From NCBI RefSeq assembly GCF_009914755.1, contig NC_060940.1: a stretch of DNA of 64,000 nucleotides; one strand, written 5' to 3'. Below are positions 25,066 through 40,782 of this stretch, one piece after another (position 1 is the stretch's first letter; each line of letters starts with the position of its first letter). This DNA comes from the human T2T-CHM13v2.0 reference genome, Homo sapiens. The position numbers were made by a program, and so were the translations under genes. The notes beneath the pieces were generated by a model, which worked only from the letters and a program-made list of their open reading frames with translations, made no database searches and was not told the DNA's origin.

Positions 25066-28000
25066 CGATGGGTCCCTCTTGTTTTTTGTTTGTTTGTTTT
25101 TTAATAAGAACACTAGTCATTGGACACTAATCTCCTAAATCCAGGATGATTTCATCTGGAGCTCCTTACTGATTACATCTGCAGCTCCTTACTGATTACA
25201 TCTGCAAAGGCCGTATATCCAAATAAGATCACATGCTAAGATTCTAGGTAGACATGAATTCTGGGGAAACACTGTTCAATTTCAAGCATTCACAACTTTT
25301 CTTCCTTTGAACTAATCCTCCAAGTTCTCTTCCTCTGAACTTATAGAAGATGGAGAACAATGGTCACTGTCATCCCCAGAAGAGCTCCTCATCTCCCTTA
25401 GTTGGGACATCCTGCCAGTGCTTTCTCTACCAGGATAACACCAGCCCTCTTCAACTGCATTTTTCTCTACACACAACATTCTCGTTTGCCAAGGTCATTC
25501 CATGGAACCAATGTCCAGCGTCTTCTCTTTCCTTAGATCCCACAGTCCATACTCAACCTCCATGTGAAGACAGAGAATATCCTTTTGAGTTGGAAGGGAT
25601 GTTGACTGACTTCATCCATTTATTTTGTTCTCATTCCGAGTCTGGATTTGCCTGCGTCCCTTGTAGCTTAAGAGCCCTTTTAATTAAGACATGACTCACA
25701 GATCATCTTCATGTCAACAGGCAACAATATTGTATACCTTCGAATTTTTCAATAACGAGCCTTGAACAGAACAAACTCTTTGTTTCAGTGAAAAATGCTA
25801 ATTGAAAGATTTTTTTTTCTCAAAAGGACATTGAACGTAAACCAATGTACTAAGCAAAATGTAGATGATGCCTCTCCTTTTATCTGCTGTTCCTTCAAAC
25901 AGAAAACAAAGTACCACCCCAACCAACCAACTCTTCTGGCAGGAAAAAGAAAGAGTCCTCAAATTACGTTCTTCAACAAAGGGTCAGGAAGGAAAAGTGA
26001 ATGTCACAAACACCATTCAAAGCACCGCAGAAAGTAGTCAGTTTGGTTTCTTTCAGAGGCTGGAAGAAAACGTCCTTCTCCCCCGTCTCCCTTTGTTTTT
26101 AAGTTACTAAATTCCTTTACGTTTGTTTTCTTAGGAAAGTGACATTATAGGTCATTAAGCAACTATTAAAAACACAAGTGAGAAAACCCAAAGCGTGGGT
26201 CTTTTTCCTCTGATATTCTTTTCCCTGGTTTTCAGAAAACAGTTTTAAGAGTTGGAATATTTTTGTTAATGTCTTTGTGGGCATTTCCGTCATCTTTCCA
26301 TTTGTAACAGCCCCTAAATAAGGCAGCTAGGGGAAACCTGCCTTGTCTTAGCACACCTGCTATGCCAAAACAGGAACATGCATTCCCCCACAATGGGATG
26401 GGTGATTTGCCAAACAGACCAGAGCTCCCAAATTACCTGCCTTTTTGCAGTGCTACACCCAAAAATCAACCCGTTGACTGATGAAATCAACCCGTGTGGA
26501 ACTTGATTTTCGACGTCCTCTCTTCCTCCCACAGTTGGACAAGAAAGGGGAAGGAAAGAGAAAAGGGAGAAAAGCCCTCTTCCCACCGGGTAAGTCCAGG
26601 TGAGTCCCATTCACCACCGTCATTGCCATTGCGCGAGGCTGCAGCATGGAGCTGGCCCCCCTCTAGCCACAGGATCGAGCTGGCTTCAGAGCTTCCGGGG
26701 TCTCATCCTCTTGCAAATTTCTTTGGTGGTGAAATCTATCAAAGGAATCTCAAAACAGATTACATGGTAAATTATCGTCTCCATTCTGGGCCACTCTCCA
26801 TGCCCCGCTGTCCGGCTCCGACAGACAGCCGTGGGTGAGCTGCCGGTGGAAAGCCTCCGAGATAAGAAGATTACAGAATGTCATGTGCCTCCGGCGACTC
26901 AACTTCACAGCTAAACTTCTCCAGCCCAGGCAGTTCATCTGATTCGCATGGGTCACAGGCTGTTTCAGTTAATGCCTCTCTAATGATTCAAGTGTGTGCC
27001 CTAATGTGGAAGGGGAATAGAGAGAAGTCAAGCCAGGGACCTTAGCATGTCTGTCCTCTCCACCCTCTATCTCAGAATGCTCTTTCCCAAGCTGACTTAT
27101 AAGAAAGGAGAAAATGGGATGGGAAGGAATATAGAATTCCTTTCAGACAGAAACCTTTTATGTCACCTTCCTGTCGTTACCAATGCAATTCTGTGAGTCT
27201 TCCGTGGGCTGTGGATCCTAGAGTAGTGAATAACAGCCCTGATACGAAAACAGAATGCAGAAAACAAATGAGCATTTTGAAAATAAAAAGCCTGGCTTTT
27301 AATCCTATTAAGATCATGGCTGCTTTTTTTTTTTTTTAATTTCTCTCCCCTGCCCTAAAAACTCCGAAAGAGATACCGATGTTCCCATTAACATAAATGC
27401 TGAAATCAGCATTTCCTTTGAAAGAAGTTGTTAATATTTGGAAATGGTCAGATTTCCAATCCAAGCTTTGATTGTTATTCTATACTAGCCAGCAAGTGCC
27501 AAGGTCACAGGGAGATTCACCTGCAGACTGAGCTAAATGAATCCACTCGGCCACAATGCATGTATAATTTAACAGTCTCCTCTTGAGTACTTCCATGCAT
27601 TCCTAAAAAATATTTTATTACAATAACAAATTGGTTTCAAAATCATGCATTATGTATTCTGAAATTAGGTCTGCCAGTGAAACCTGGATGTACAAACATG
27701 CGTACTCCTGGGCAGGGCCGGAAGAGCACACAGATGCCAGGATGGAGCTCAAGAACAGTTAATCCCACAAGGAACCCACTGTCGCTTCTTTATTATCTTA
27801 ATCTGCATATTTGGAAAGTAAAAGAACAAACTGATCATTTACTGTAAAGGGCAACCACCCGTTTCCCTTAATCACCCCCTCCATGAGAAGGCAGAGGGCG
27901 TGAAGTCCTAAAAATAGGCTGCCGAGGCAGTTTCCCAAGCTTTCCTTAAAAAACAGTTATTCCTTGAATATTAAAAGTCTTCTTTTCCTGTGATCTGACA

Positions 28001-31000
28001 CTTCCCGGGTATACATTTTACAGGAACTGGACTTTAACAAAGCTTCTTTGAAACATTAAAGATAAAGATATCAAAGCCATCCTTACAAATTTGTGTTAAG
28101 AAATACACTTGCTCTGCCGTAAGCTTTCATCACTGAGTTACCCAAAAAAAGTTAACATATTCAGAAAAATCCTTAGGATTCCCGACACAAATGCAACCCC
28201 ATATAATGTGTCCCTAATGGGTGCTTGTTTCTGCTTTGCAACTTTCATCTGAAGTTAAATACACATTGATTTAGCATTCTTTTACAACATGGGGATGGTT
28301 TTCTCATGGCACAATAAACATGTTTCTTAAGATGTCTATTTGTGAATAATTAAGACTAAAATGCTTTTCTGATTCCTTCCTAGTTTTTTCTAGTTTAGAC
28401 CTTTATATCACACTTGTAAAAATTCCATCTCATCAAATGAATGGCATTAATAAATCCTAAGCAGGCAGGTTTTCCAAAATGGCGACTTTCATGATATGGA
28501 AGGCATTTGATCTTAAAAACATGAGAAAGAAATTTAGTTGAGTTTTCTCTTTGAAAAGTTTCTTGGGCATGAGCTTGATCTTTCTATATTAAAAGAAAAA
28601 AATCTAGTTTATTTCAATAGGGGATTGGTTTTCATTAACTTGCAAGCTAAACATCATTGGTATGTTTCTATTGGTGTACTGACTTGGTGAATAAAACAAC
28701 AAATTCTTGAGAGAGTCACTTATAAATCTCTTTAAATTAAAATCAGTCTAATTTTTATTATAAGACTAACATCATGATAGGCTTAGTATTTTTAAGGCAA
28801 TGCCCAGAACTAAAAAGTTTAATTCCCTGACAAGAGCTTTTAATAAAGACAAATCATAACTAAAATTAGATGCTGCAACCTTTTCTTCTCAAAAAAAAAA
28901 AAAAAAATCTGCAAACACTGTGTTAAGACATCATTCCTCCTTAATTTTGTTTCGATGGAGTGATATGACTAGACATATAGCTTTTCTATAGTTAAATTAT
29001 AAAGAATAATTTTCTCTAATCTAATCAGTAATTTCTAAAAATGGGAAATGGTAACAGCATAATTTTTTATTTCTTTTGTATTATAATTTAGGCTGACACA
29101 TTAAAGCTTTGCTTTTCAGGGGAACAATTAAGAAATTGTTGATAGAAATTAAACATTACTGACAATTGAAAATGCATTTTTTTTCCTCATTCGCAGCATC
29201 TAGATATACCGCTCCTACCTCCCATCAAAGATAATCTAAGCTCAGATAGTATTAAAGTAAAAATGAACGAAAAAGCTTAGTTCTTTTGTGCTAAACAAAA
29301 AGGTGATTTATATAAGTAATAAGCAAATTCCAGAGTATGGAGATATATATGTATTTTTAAATCCTCTAAAAATGCCTTAAGTTGTAATCTTCAGGCTAAA
29401 TGATTAAACTCTCTCTGGGTCCTTTGGCTGTAGAACTATATCCTTCATGTTAGCTGTGGGCTATTTTCGGCTGAATGCAAACTGCTTTTTTGTTATTAAA
29501 GACAGTTCATGTTTTACACCACCTTTGGTGTATGGTATACAGACCAACACACATAATTTAGGTCAGTATTAAAATAGAATTAATTTTTTTTTAAAAAACC
29601 TTCAATAATAATTACAATAATTACATTTCCTTCCCACACATTGCAACAAATAGTTACATAGCCTACTTCTTAAATACTGGTGTGAAAACACTAAGTCGAA
29701 ATTCATGACACAAATCAAAATGTGTTGCACAAACTTCTTTTTGGTTGTCGTGAAAGGGGTGTCTCAAATTGAGTGTAGAAGGGCATTCCAATAACCATAG
29801 TACTTTTTTTGGCTGAACTGTAAATACATAATTCATATATTAATATGATAAAATATATAAGATCACCCATATAGTAAAAATTAAATCAGTGAAAAGGACT
29901 AAATACAGTTACAAATAAGCAGCCCAGAAGTTCTAAGGGAAAATGCCAGAAGTCAAAATGCTTTCTGATTCATCTTAAGCAGAACAGGAGTTTTAACACA
30001 AGCCTCTCTTAACAGCTACCCAGGCAGGATTTGAGGAGAATAATTCCCTAATGCCACTTAAAAAAGAAAAGTCAACCGAAAGCATCAAATGGATTTTGAA
30101 TCTAAATATTCTTAAAAAAAAAAAAAAAAAAACTTTTTCTGAATTGGCAGCTCAGAGAATCAAACTGATAACATTACAATAAGGTAGGCATAGTCAACAT
30201 TCTTCGGGTGGTTTGGGGCTGTTTTTTTAAGAGTGTGCTAGGAATTCCAGTTCTTGAAGAGTCACGGCCTGCATTCAGCTGTCTTCAGTTCTGTCCCCGG
30301 CCTGGCCATCTGCCAAAGAATGACACACTTTGAAGGACAAAGTAAGAACAGCTTTCCACACACTTCTCAGACCCAAGCTCCTGGCTTCAGAGCGAAAACT
30401 CTTAGGAGCCTTCAACCTGAGCACTTTTTAGCAGGTCAGAAACAGAAAGGCAGGAAGGAGAAGGCAACATAAAGCTGTCTTGAGCCTCCCCTCTCCGTAG
30501 GTCTAATGTTGCTTGGTCCACAGAACAATCACAACAATAAAATGCAGTGTGTCCTGGGGTCCCCTCTGAAAGAATAAAACTGGAAGCCTGTCTGTCATGC
30601 TGAATACCATACCAGAAGCTCGCACCACGGGATTCGATGCCTTGTGCCTGGCTTGTATTCACAGGCAAGGCAGACAGATGTGTGGCCTTTGACAAAGCCA
30701 AGAGATGGGCATTTCAAAAATAAAATCATCTCCCAATTACAGGGAACCCTTCCTCCCTGGGATCCCAAAGCACTCTATCAACCTAAATTGGAATCCTGTC
30801 TACTGAGCTGCCTTCAATGCGGCCACTCCAGTATAAATTGGATCAAATGCTCTCAGATTAATTCCTGGAAACCTATATTCATCTTTGTATATCTTTATTA
30901 CAAAACTAGCCACAAGACCGCTCTACAATTTTCATTATCGGAACAGCTTTCGAAGCTGGATTATGCCATGGTTTATCCCTCCGTGACCCCAAACCATCTT

Positions 31001-31197
31001 GTTAGCTCCATTATTGTATATTCATACAACACACCTGAGCCCAAGATAATAAGAGAGTTATAGTGAATGAGGGGACAGGGTGCGTTTTATTGCATTTTAT
31101 GCACTGCTATTCTGCAATGATATTTAACCTGCCGCAGGCGCCCCCAGAAGTCCATGCCTCACTCCCATGCTTTCACTCGTGCTCTGACACAGAAGAC

Positions 31198-31245
31198 CCT
31201 CACCACCCTCCCCAGTGTGAACCTCACCACCCTCCCCAATGTGAA
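31198..31245. repeat. 24-bp tandem duplication
   Basis: CCTCACCACCCTCCCCA[G/A]TGTGAA twice, 23/24 identical. Confidence 0.9.
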
Positions 31246-32254
31246 GGGATGGCAAGTTAACCTGAGGAGGACCTGAACTTCTTGGTGATGGTCAAATGTC
31301 ATTTCTCCTGCGCTGTTCTGGGTTAGAGTATGCAGGTTCTGCACCAACAGAAACCACAGCACAGAAAACCCCCAGCCCTTCACAGGAAAAGAGCAGGAGT
31401 TTTGCCTGCAAAAAAAAAGAGGACGGAACTAGCATATGCTTAGAATAGAAGATGGGAATGAAAGTGATCAGTGATCTTAGCTGTAGTTGCATTGGACTCA
31501 AAATGTTTTGGTCAAGTGCGTTACAGTCGTGGTTCATACAGTGCTGCTGCCACTGGCAGGTATCAAGTAAGGTTAACTTTATGATGATGATTTAATTTAT
31601 TAAATTATATTAACCTATGTTAATACAGATGCTGTATATAACTATGATATTTTTAACAACTGTGTTAGAATCAAACGGTTTATTTTCCACCAGTGTGGTT
31701 GTTTCTGTTTCTGTTATGCCTGTGTATATGAATAGAAAACCGTACACAATGTAATGACCTATTACACAGTATAAATGCGTATATGTGTGTGTGCATATTT
31801 ACATAAAATTTACGTATAGCTTTATATCTCCATTTTCTCACCACAGCTATATTCTTTGCTGGTCCACCCATACCTACCGTGACTCTCCAGCCTGCTTACC
31901 TGTATCCTCTCTTTCTTCCTCCCTTCCCTCTCCTCCCTTCTTTTCTGTCTTCCTTTTTTCCTTTCTTTTGAAATAATGCCAGCTTTGTCCTTAAAACAGG
32001 AAGAATAATGTAGAAGGGTAATCCATTATTCATAAATTCCAGGGAAACTTTAAGACTTCTGTTTTCTTATCCCTTTCCCCTAAATGTGAGGCTAAAGTAC
32101 AATGAGACTGATTTCATATGTTGATGCAAAAAAGAAATGGTCTCATTATTTTGTGGATGTGCTTGAAGCCCTCTAAAGAAATCACCTCTTTATTTCTCAT
32201 TGCTTAAAGAAATGATGCAAAATTTCATCCAGATATGTGACTATGCCTCCATTG

Positions 32255-32512
32255 TAACGGACCCGGGTGAAATTTTGTATCATTTCTTGGGCCCCCCCCA
32301 GCATCCACTGAATCAGAGCCTACTTTTCAACAAGATTCTCAGATCATTTTCATATACCTTAGTTTGGAAGCCTTAGCCTAGGGGATTTTTATTTGCCCAT
32401 CTCTGGATTGTACTTCAGATCTTCTAAATCAAATTCTTTGGGAGTAGAGACCAGGTACTTGTACATTTAAAGAATTCCCCAGATGACCTGATAACCCTCC
32501 AGATTGAAAACG
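32255..32512. mobile_element. MER5-family (hAT-Charlie) fragments
   Basis: CTGAATCAGA...TTTTCAACAAG...CAGATGA...GTTTGGAAGCC-type motifs in two adjacent pieces; very degenerate. Confidence 0.45.
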
Positions 32513-34672
32513 TGCCCAGTGAAGGTTTGACTTGTGTGGTTTCTACAGCGGCAGTGACAATGGGTGAAGGGATTCCTAACACAGGGGTTTTTCCTCCTGT
32601 CATCCCTCTGCATGGATTTCTACGGCAGGTCTTCATCACCTCTGTTTTCTGCATCTTAGTCTGAGAGTCAAGGTCCTCGGTCAAGAGCCACCTCCTTGAA
32701 CTATCTTTCTGCTCCTTCATCCACGTCATTCTCCTGCTTCAACTAAATCAAACCACCACCAACTGCCATGATTTCTTTGTCATGCAGGACAGTTCCCTCT
32801 GCTTCACTGCCTTCACATCCACCATGTACCTCAAGGTACCTCTAATGACCCACAGCCCCCTGGAAGTCTTCCCCACCGACGACGTTCTACTCAGCACTCT
32901 CCTTTGTTCCATCTTTAAGTGTTTAACTTTCAAGCTACCACTTTGCACTTATCCATATGCTCTTTTAAATGGTCCTCATGCCGTTTTGTGTGTTTGATTA
33001 GTTTTTAAAAACTAAGCCAGTGGCGCACAGTTTGACTTCTTACAGCTGCCTTCTTCCTATGTTCTACATCACAGTTATCTACTGAGGGCTCCTACCCACC
33101 CCATAACATATTATGCATTAAATTTTCAGAATCCTGCTCCTGGAATATGTGAGAATAGAACTTCAAAAGTCATCCAGGATTCCAACTAATTTGTCCCAGA
33201 AGACACCTATGGAAAGCGACAGGTTCCCAAAAGTATTTAAAAACCAAAGGTTCATTCTCAGAAGCTGTGTAAGGAGTTGCTGGCTAGGACCTTTCACAAT
33301 CTCCCTGTTCCGGGCACATGATGTTTTGTCCTTTGTTTGTTTCCTCTGTATGTTGATTGGTTTTGATTCATTACACAACACAGGGTCCACGAGAACAGGT
33401 CATTTTTCAAGTTAACAGGTGCAGGATGAAATTAGATTAAAGTTTGGTAAATTTGCAGGTGGAAAAAACATCAACATGGGACCGATAGAAGGGGTCTGGA
33501 GTGAGAGAAATATCCAGGGCAACATATTAAGACTTGTCTTATTTGGGCATGTGAATATTTCTCATTCACACGGAAGGATTTTCAGGGGGAGAAAATCTGT
33601 GCTCCTTCTTCTTCCATCTCTATTTGTGTCAGTTTCCCTCCTGAGCTTTGCTTGTCTTGCCCTTTCTCTGGACGAGGGCTTGACTCTGGGTCTTGTCACA
33701 TCTCACTCATGCCGCGGGGCTGTTAGGTTCAGCAGGCAGAGAGCTGTGTGACCTGGGGCCATGTGAGTCTATCTCACTGGAGATGCTTTGTGCCATTCAA
33801 TTCCTCTAAGCCCTGACCAGTTCACACCGCGATGATTGTGTTTCTCTCTTGTACCCAGGGAGAAATATGGCAGGCTTTACCATGGGAGATGTACACACAA
33901 AATGGATTTTCAGGATGAATGGAAGCCAAGCCCCGTCTTTCTCCTTCATCCATTTTTCTGTCTTTCTCTTCTGCCTCTTGATATTTTTCTTGACCATTTC
34001 CCTCAGTGTTTCTAATTATCTTTAATACTTATACACACTCACTAAAATGAGCATGGCACCCACTGGGAAGAAAACACTTCATGGCACTATTTTTTTTTAA
34101 CCTTTGTTAAAAAACAATCCCCATTTAAGCAGTGACAGCCAGGACTCCGTAATCTGTACATACGATTTAATCCTTTAAAGAATCAGCAGGGCCCACATCA
34201 ATCAAGAGCCTTCATCAACTTGTAAAAACAATATTTTGATTCAATCAGATTCAAAGCCCTGAAATTCTCAGCTAATTAATGCGAGGTCACTCGAGGGCTG
34301 TGCAATGGTAGCTGGAACAGTGGTCAAATATTTACCCCGGGCACACTCACACGTATGCATCACCAAAGGATCTGAGTGATGGTCAAGAATAGATAATGCA
34401 CCTATGGCTGCAGCACGTTTCACCTGGCACAAGTATGTGGACAGATAATTATTACAAAGGGAGGAAAAACGAGAAATGATTCTTCCGTCATCATAGACAC
34501 GCACGGAAGTAAAAGTCTTTTAAAGGTAAACGGATGGGGACCTGCCAACACCCTGCTGACAGTTCTGTTTTAACATGTATGTCCCAAAGCAGAGAGCTGT
34601 TCTGTGTAATCCTCCCTAGAACATTCAAACTAAAGAACATTAAAAAAACAAAAACAAAAACAAAAACAAAAA

Positions 34673-34851
34673 ACCTTCTATTTTAGGTTTAGGGTTACAT
34701 GTGCAGGTTTGTTATATAGGTAAACTCATGTCAGGAGGGTTTGTTGTAAAGATTATTTCGTCACCCAGGTACTAAGCCTAGTATCCAATAGTTAGTTTTT
34801 TCTCTGCTCCTCTCTCTCCTCCCACCCTCCACGCTCAAGTAGGCCCCAGTG
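34673..34851 (-). mobile_element. Short L1PA (older, PA13-16-like) 3' end
   Basis: TACATGTGCAGGTTTGTTATATAGGTAAAC...CCTCCCACCCTCCAC is the antisense L1PA 3'UTR. Confidence 0.8.
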
Positions 34852-35935
34852 CAAAATAAATGACATGTCTAAAACCTCATAAGACAGCAGATTCAATCCA
34901 TGGGATCTTTTAGTTAGATCTAGATTCTAATAAATTTGCTTTGGTTTGCACCTTGAGACACTTTGGAACTCAATGTATTTTGTAGGGGAGGAGGGTGTAG
35001 GAGCAGTCACAAAATTTTACTGGCTCTGCTTATTTCTAGGTGTGATTGCTGAGTATGTGAACAGGTCTCTACCAGCAAAAACATGTATTATTTACTTACA
35101 CAAATGCAGACAGAGAAAGCATCAAGATGTCTTCTTAATGATAAAAAAATAATACTTTATATTTTTTCCCTTAAAATATGGGAGACAGGTAGTCAATTGA
35201 AAGGAAGTTCAGGTAGAAACTGTATCTCAGGCACTTCCTTCTTCTTTACTTTTGGTGTCTCCTGTAAACCCTTTAAAATGGCACACGGTCCTGGTTCTAA
35301 TATTGTACTGCATAGTTTTACAAAATACACTGACTAAAGAGTATATCATATCTCTCTGTAGTATTTCTTACAACTGCATACAAGTCTACAATTATCTCAA
35401 AATATATAAAGTTACATTTAAAAGCTCATAAATTGTATAGCTATAGAATAGACACAGAACTGAGCAGGCTGTTTCTTATGTTTTAATTAATCACTTCCGC
35501 TCACCTGCCTGTCCCTCAGACCCCACTTCCCAACCTCCCAAAAAATTCTAAAAAGAGCAAACACTAGGAGACTGTGGACAACAGCTTTCTCTTTCCTCAA
35601 GATCAGGGGACTGAAGGTATACTTTTGTTTTTAAAATTCTGAACTTATCTTCAATAAAAGAAGGAAAAATCTAAATTTTTTGGAAGAAATTCATGATTTA
35701 AATGGTAGTCAGCTTGTTTTCTCCTTATGTTCCGCCATAGTTTTATAGTTTTTACCCTACGAATTTAATAACTGAGTGAAGAGTAGCAAAATCATTTGTA
35801 TGGAAGAAACGTCATAGTTACAAACACGTTCCAGGTCAAATATCAAACCCATTCCAAATTAGGCTACAGTGGTCATTTCACTGATTCTCAGCAACATGCA
35901 GACTCTAAAACTTTTCTAATGTTGAGCTTGCTGAC

Positions 35936-35947
35936 TGACGTCAATCA
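35936..35947. promoter_or_regulatory. CRE palindrome overlapping a PBX-type motif
   Basis: TGACGTCA at 35936-35943 overlaps TGATTGAC on the minus strand (35940-35947). Confidence 0.35.
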
Positions 35948-36802
35948 CTCCGGCCAAACTGGTTGTTGAACAATCAGCATTGATCACTACGACAAACCAA
36001 ATGGATGTGTGGCTCTGCTCAAACCCAGCATTTCGCAAATATAACACAGCTCAGATTCATAGGATGCTGCCAAGATTATTTTTTTAAACACTCAAGCCGG
36101 TCTACCTGGGGTTACTTGATGAAACATTTGGACTGAGTTAAACAGGTACTTCTGTCAGACAACTGACTAGATTGATTTTTTTCCCACTGTATTAACTGGT
36201 TATTTGGATTTTCTATACACATTTAAAAGACTTATGGAATCATAGATACATAAAATTTTAGCATTAGAGATGTCTTTAGAGATCGTATATGGTCTAGGGC
36301 TTTTGCTCAAGTTTCATAGATGTTAAATGAAAAAAAAAAAAAACAAAGGGAAGGATATTTTCATTAAATATGTTTGGGAAACTTTGAGCAAAGAAATTCA
36401 GTTGTTTGGTTCCTAGTTTGCTCAGAGGCTTTAAAATGCTAAGAGGCTTTATGATTCTAAAAGAGGAGAATATAATATGCAGGTTCTTCCAAGCTTATAT
36501 TCAACAAAAACACTAACATGTAATACAAACTATTTCACAGACAAGGAAACAGACACCCAAGGAAGTGATGTGTTTTTTTTTAAATACTCCCACTTATAAG
36601 GAGTTAAACTAGAATCCAGGCCTCCAGATTCCCACTCTACTCGTTTTGACTGAGGCAAATGCATTTATTTTTATTTTTTTTATGAAACTTTTCAAACATA
36701 TTTAAAAGTAGTGAAAATAGACAGCAACATCTATAACCCCATCAATCAGATTCAATAACTCTCTAGATTTTGCTTCACTCTTTGCTTTATATTTTATGTC
36801 TA

Positions 36803-37390
36803 TGTAAACCAAAAAACAAAATTCTAAGGCCCCCAGTCATCTGAATGCACCTCTCCTCTCCGCCAGGGGCATTCCAAATTTAAGCTGGAAAACGAGTTCA
36901 GGCTGTGATGAGAAGGGAGAGCCGGACATGCCTCGTTACACTCTCCTCCCATTTGGAATTACTGATGGAACAGACTCTTTATGTCTGATAAGAAACATTT
37001 ACAATCTATTCTCTCTGAAGCCCGCACCTGGAAGCTTCATCTGCGTGATAAAACCTTAGTCTCCACAACCTCTTCTCGTAACCCAGACATCACTTTCTAT
37101 TGATAACTCTTTCAGCCAATTGCCAATCAGAAAATCTCTGAGTCCACCTATGACTTGGAAGCCCTCACTTCCAGCTATCCTGCCTTTCCAGACCTAACCA
37201 ATGTGCATCTTAACATGTACTGATTGATGCCTATGTCTCTTTAAGATGTATAAACCCAGACGGTACTCTGACCACCCTGGGCACATGTCATCAGGACCTC
37301 CTGAGGCTGTGTCATGGGTGCATCCTTAACCTTGGCAAAATTAACTTTCTAAATTGATTGAGACCTGTCTCAAATACTTTCAGGTTCACA
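36803..37390 (+). mobile_element. MER4B-like solo LTR (ERV1)
   Basis: Starts TGTAAACCAAAAAACAAAATTCTAAG, ends GAGACCTGTCTCAAATACTTT...TTCACA; ~590 bp. Confidence 0.8.
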
Positions 37391-37434
37391 AATACGTATC
37401 ATACACATTATTATAAAATGTGTATAATATATAA

Positions 37435-37715
<281 letters not shown>

Positions 37716-37784
37716 ATAAATTTTAATTATAAAAATATTCTCCTTTTTATGTAAAAAAATTCTCAAATACTTTTGGGTTCACAA

Positions 37785-37960
37785 ATATATATTATACAGA
37801 TTATATATATATATATACATACACACACATATAATGTATTAATATAATGTATTATAAAGTATAATGTATAATGTGATATATTATAATGTAGAATATAATG
37901 TATTATAATATATAATGTATTATAATACACATATATATTTTAAATATATAAATGTATAAA
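37785..37960. repeat. AT-rich low-complexity repeat (TA / TATAATG units)
   Basis: Seen directly. Confidence 0.85.
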
Positions 37961-38109
37961 AATTATCCTTGGACAGTATATAAAAAATTTACCTGTTATA
38001 AATATTAAATGAAAGCATCCTGTCTTTAGTATTATGAAGAAATAATTATTCTATTAGGTGTCTTAAAATAGTGATCATATAATTTTATAATTTCCCCTCT
38101 ATGTGTTAG

Positions 38110-39030
<921 letters not shown>

Positions 39031-39526
39031 TGCTCGTCTTGCCTTTTCTAGAAAAATGTTCTTTATTTTCTCAATTTTTTTTAACTTTCCCAATTAAGCA
39101 ACGGTCAAACTACTGGCCTTCTCCCAGTATTTTCAAGAGAGGAAAATTTTGTATTATAATATAGGCAGAAACCCACCAACATAGACAATAAACTAGTGGC
39201 ATTAATGAAAGAATGGTTCACCTTTGTTTATATATATGATTTCATATGAAATATATTAATTCCTTCCAAAGTCCTATCTACATTAAAATTTCAACTATAG
39301 CAGTTGTAAACAAAACTTACTTGTTTCTACTTTCATATACTGTTTGTATAAGTGGTTTTCTTCTGACTCCTTTATTCACATTTGAAACCAGATTTGTCAT
39401 TTGCAGGAATAAAAATTGTTTTACACAAATGGATGCTTGTTACTTTCAGATAGGTCCTAAGAATCAAGCTGAAGGGTTTAAGTACCGCAGTGATTTTTTG
39501 AAGTGTTATATTTAAATAGTTATTAA

Positions 39527-39921
<395 letters not shown>

Positions 39922-40374
39922 TTAGAACATATTTTCTATTCAAAATCGTGAACTGGGTAGGTATACATGCTTCCCCTTCCTTTCAAGTTTCCATTGAAAT
40001 AACTACATTACTGTTTTTCAAAAGCATGGTAGCATAATTATACTATAAGAGATGATACAGACCTAAACAATGGCTAGAAACTCTGGAATACAAAAAGTAA
40101 ATGGAGTCTCAGCTTACTGGAGAAGTCAGAGTGAGAAAAATTGTGGCACAAAACACGACAGGCAAGAGTATTTTCCCTAAAGGAGTTCTGGAGAAGTCTA
40201 CCATGGCGAAGTGGGAACCCTTATGAATATGTTCTTCACACTAGCTTTCATTTGTCTTCCATGGGGTTGTCTAAACTTTATAAACCTAAAGTTGTGATGT
40301 ATTCACTTCCATAAAACCCCAAATGGACAAATAACATCTCATTGCTACATACTTCTAACGTTCTTCACAGTTAG

Positions 40375-40782
<408 letters not shown>

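Noticed and set aside
26653-26670. Second CTCF-like motif (GGCCCCCTCTAGCCAC)
   Set aside because: Poor match in the 5' half of the core.
34642-34851. A-rich tract next to antisense L1PA end as a twin-priming inversion
   Set aside because: The order and orientation do not fit twin priming and no TSD was found; more likely insertion beside an existing A-tract.
36240-36790. Possible MIR, hAT and L1ME remnants
   Set aside because: Too degenerate to assign family or boundaries by eye.
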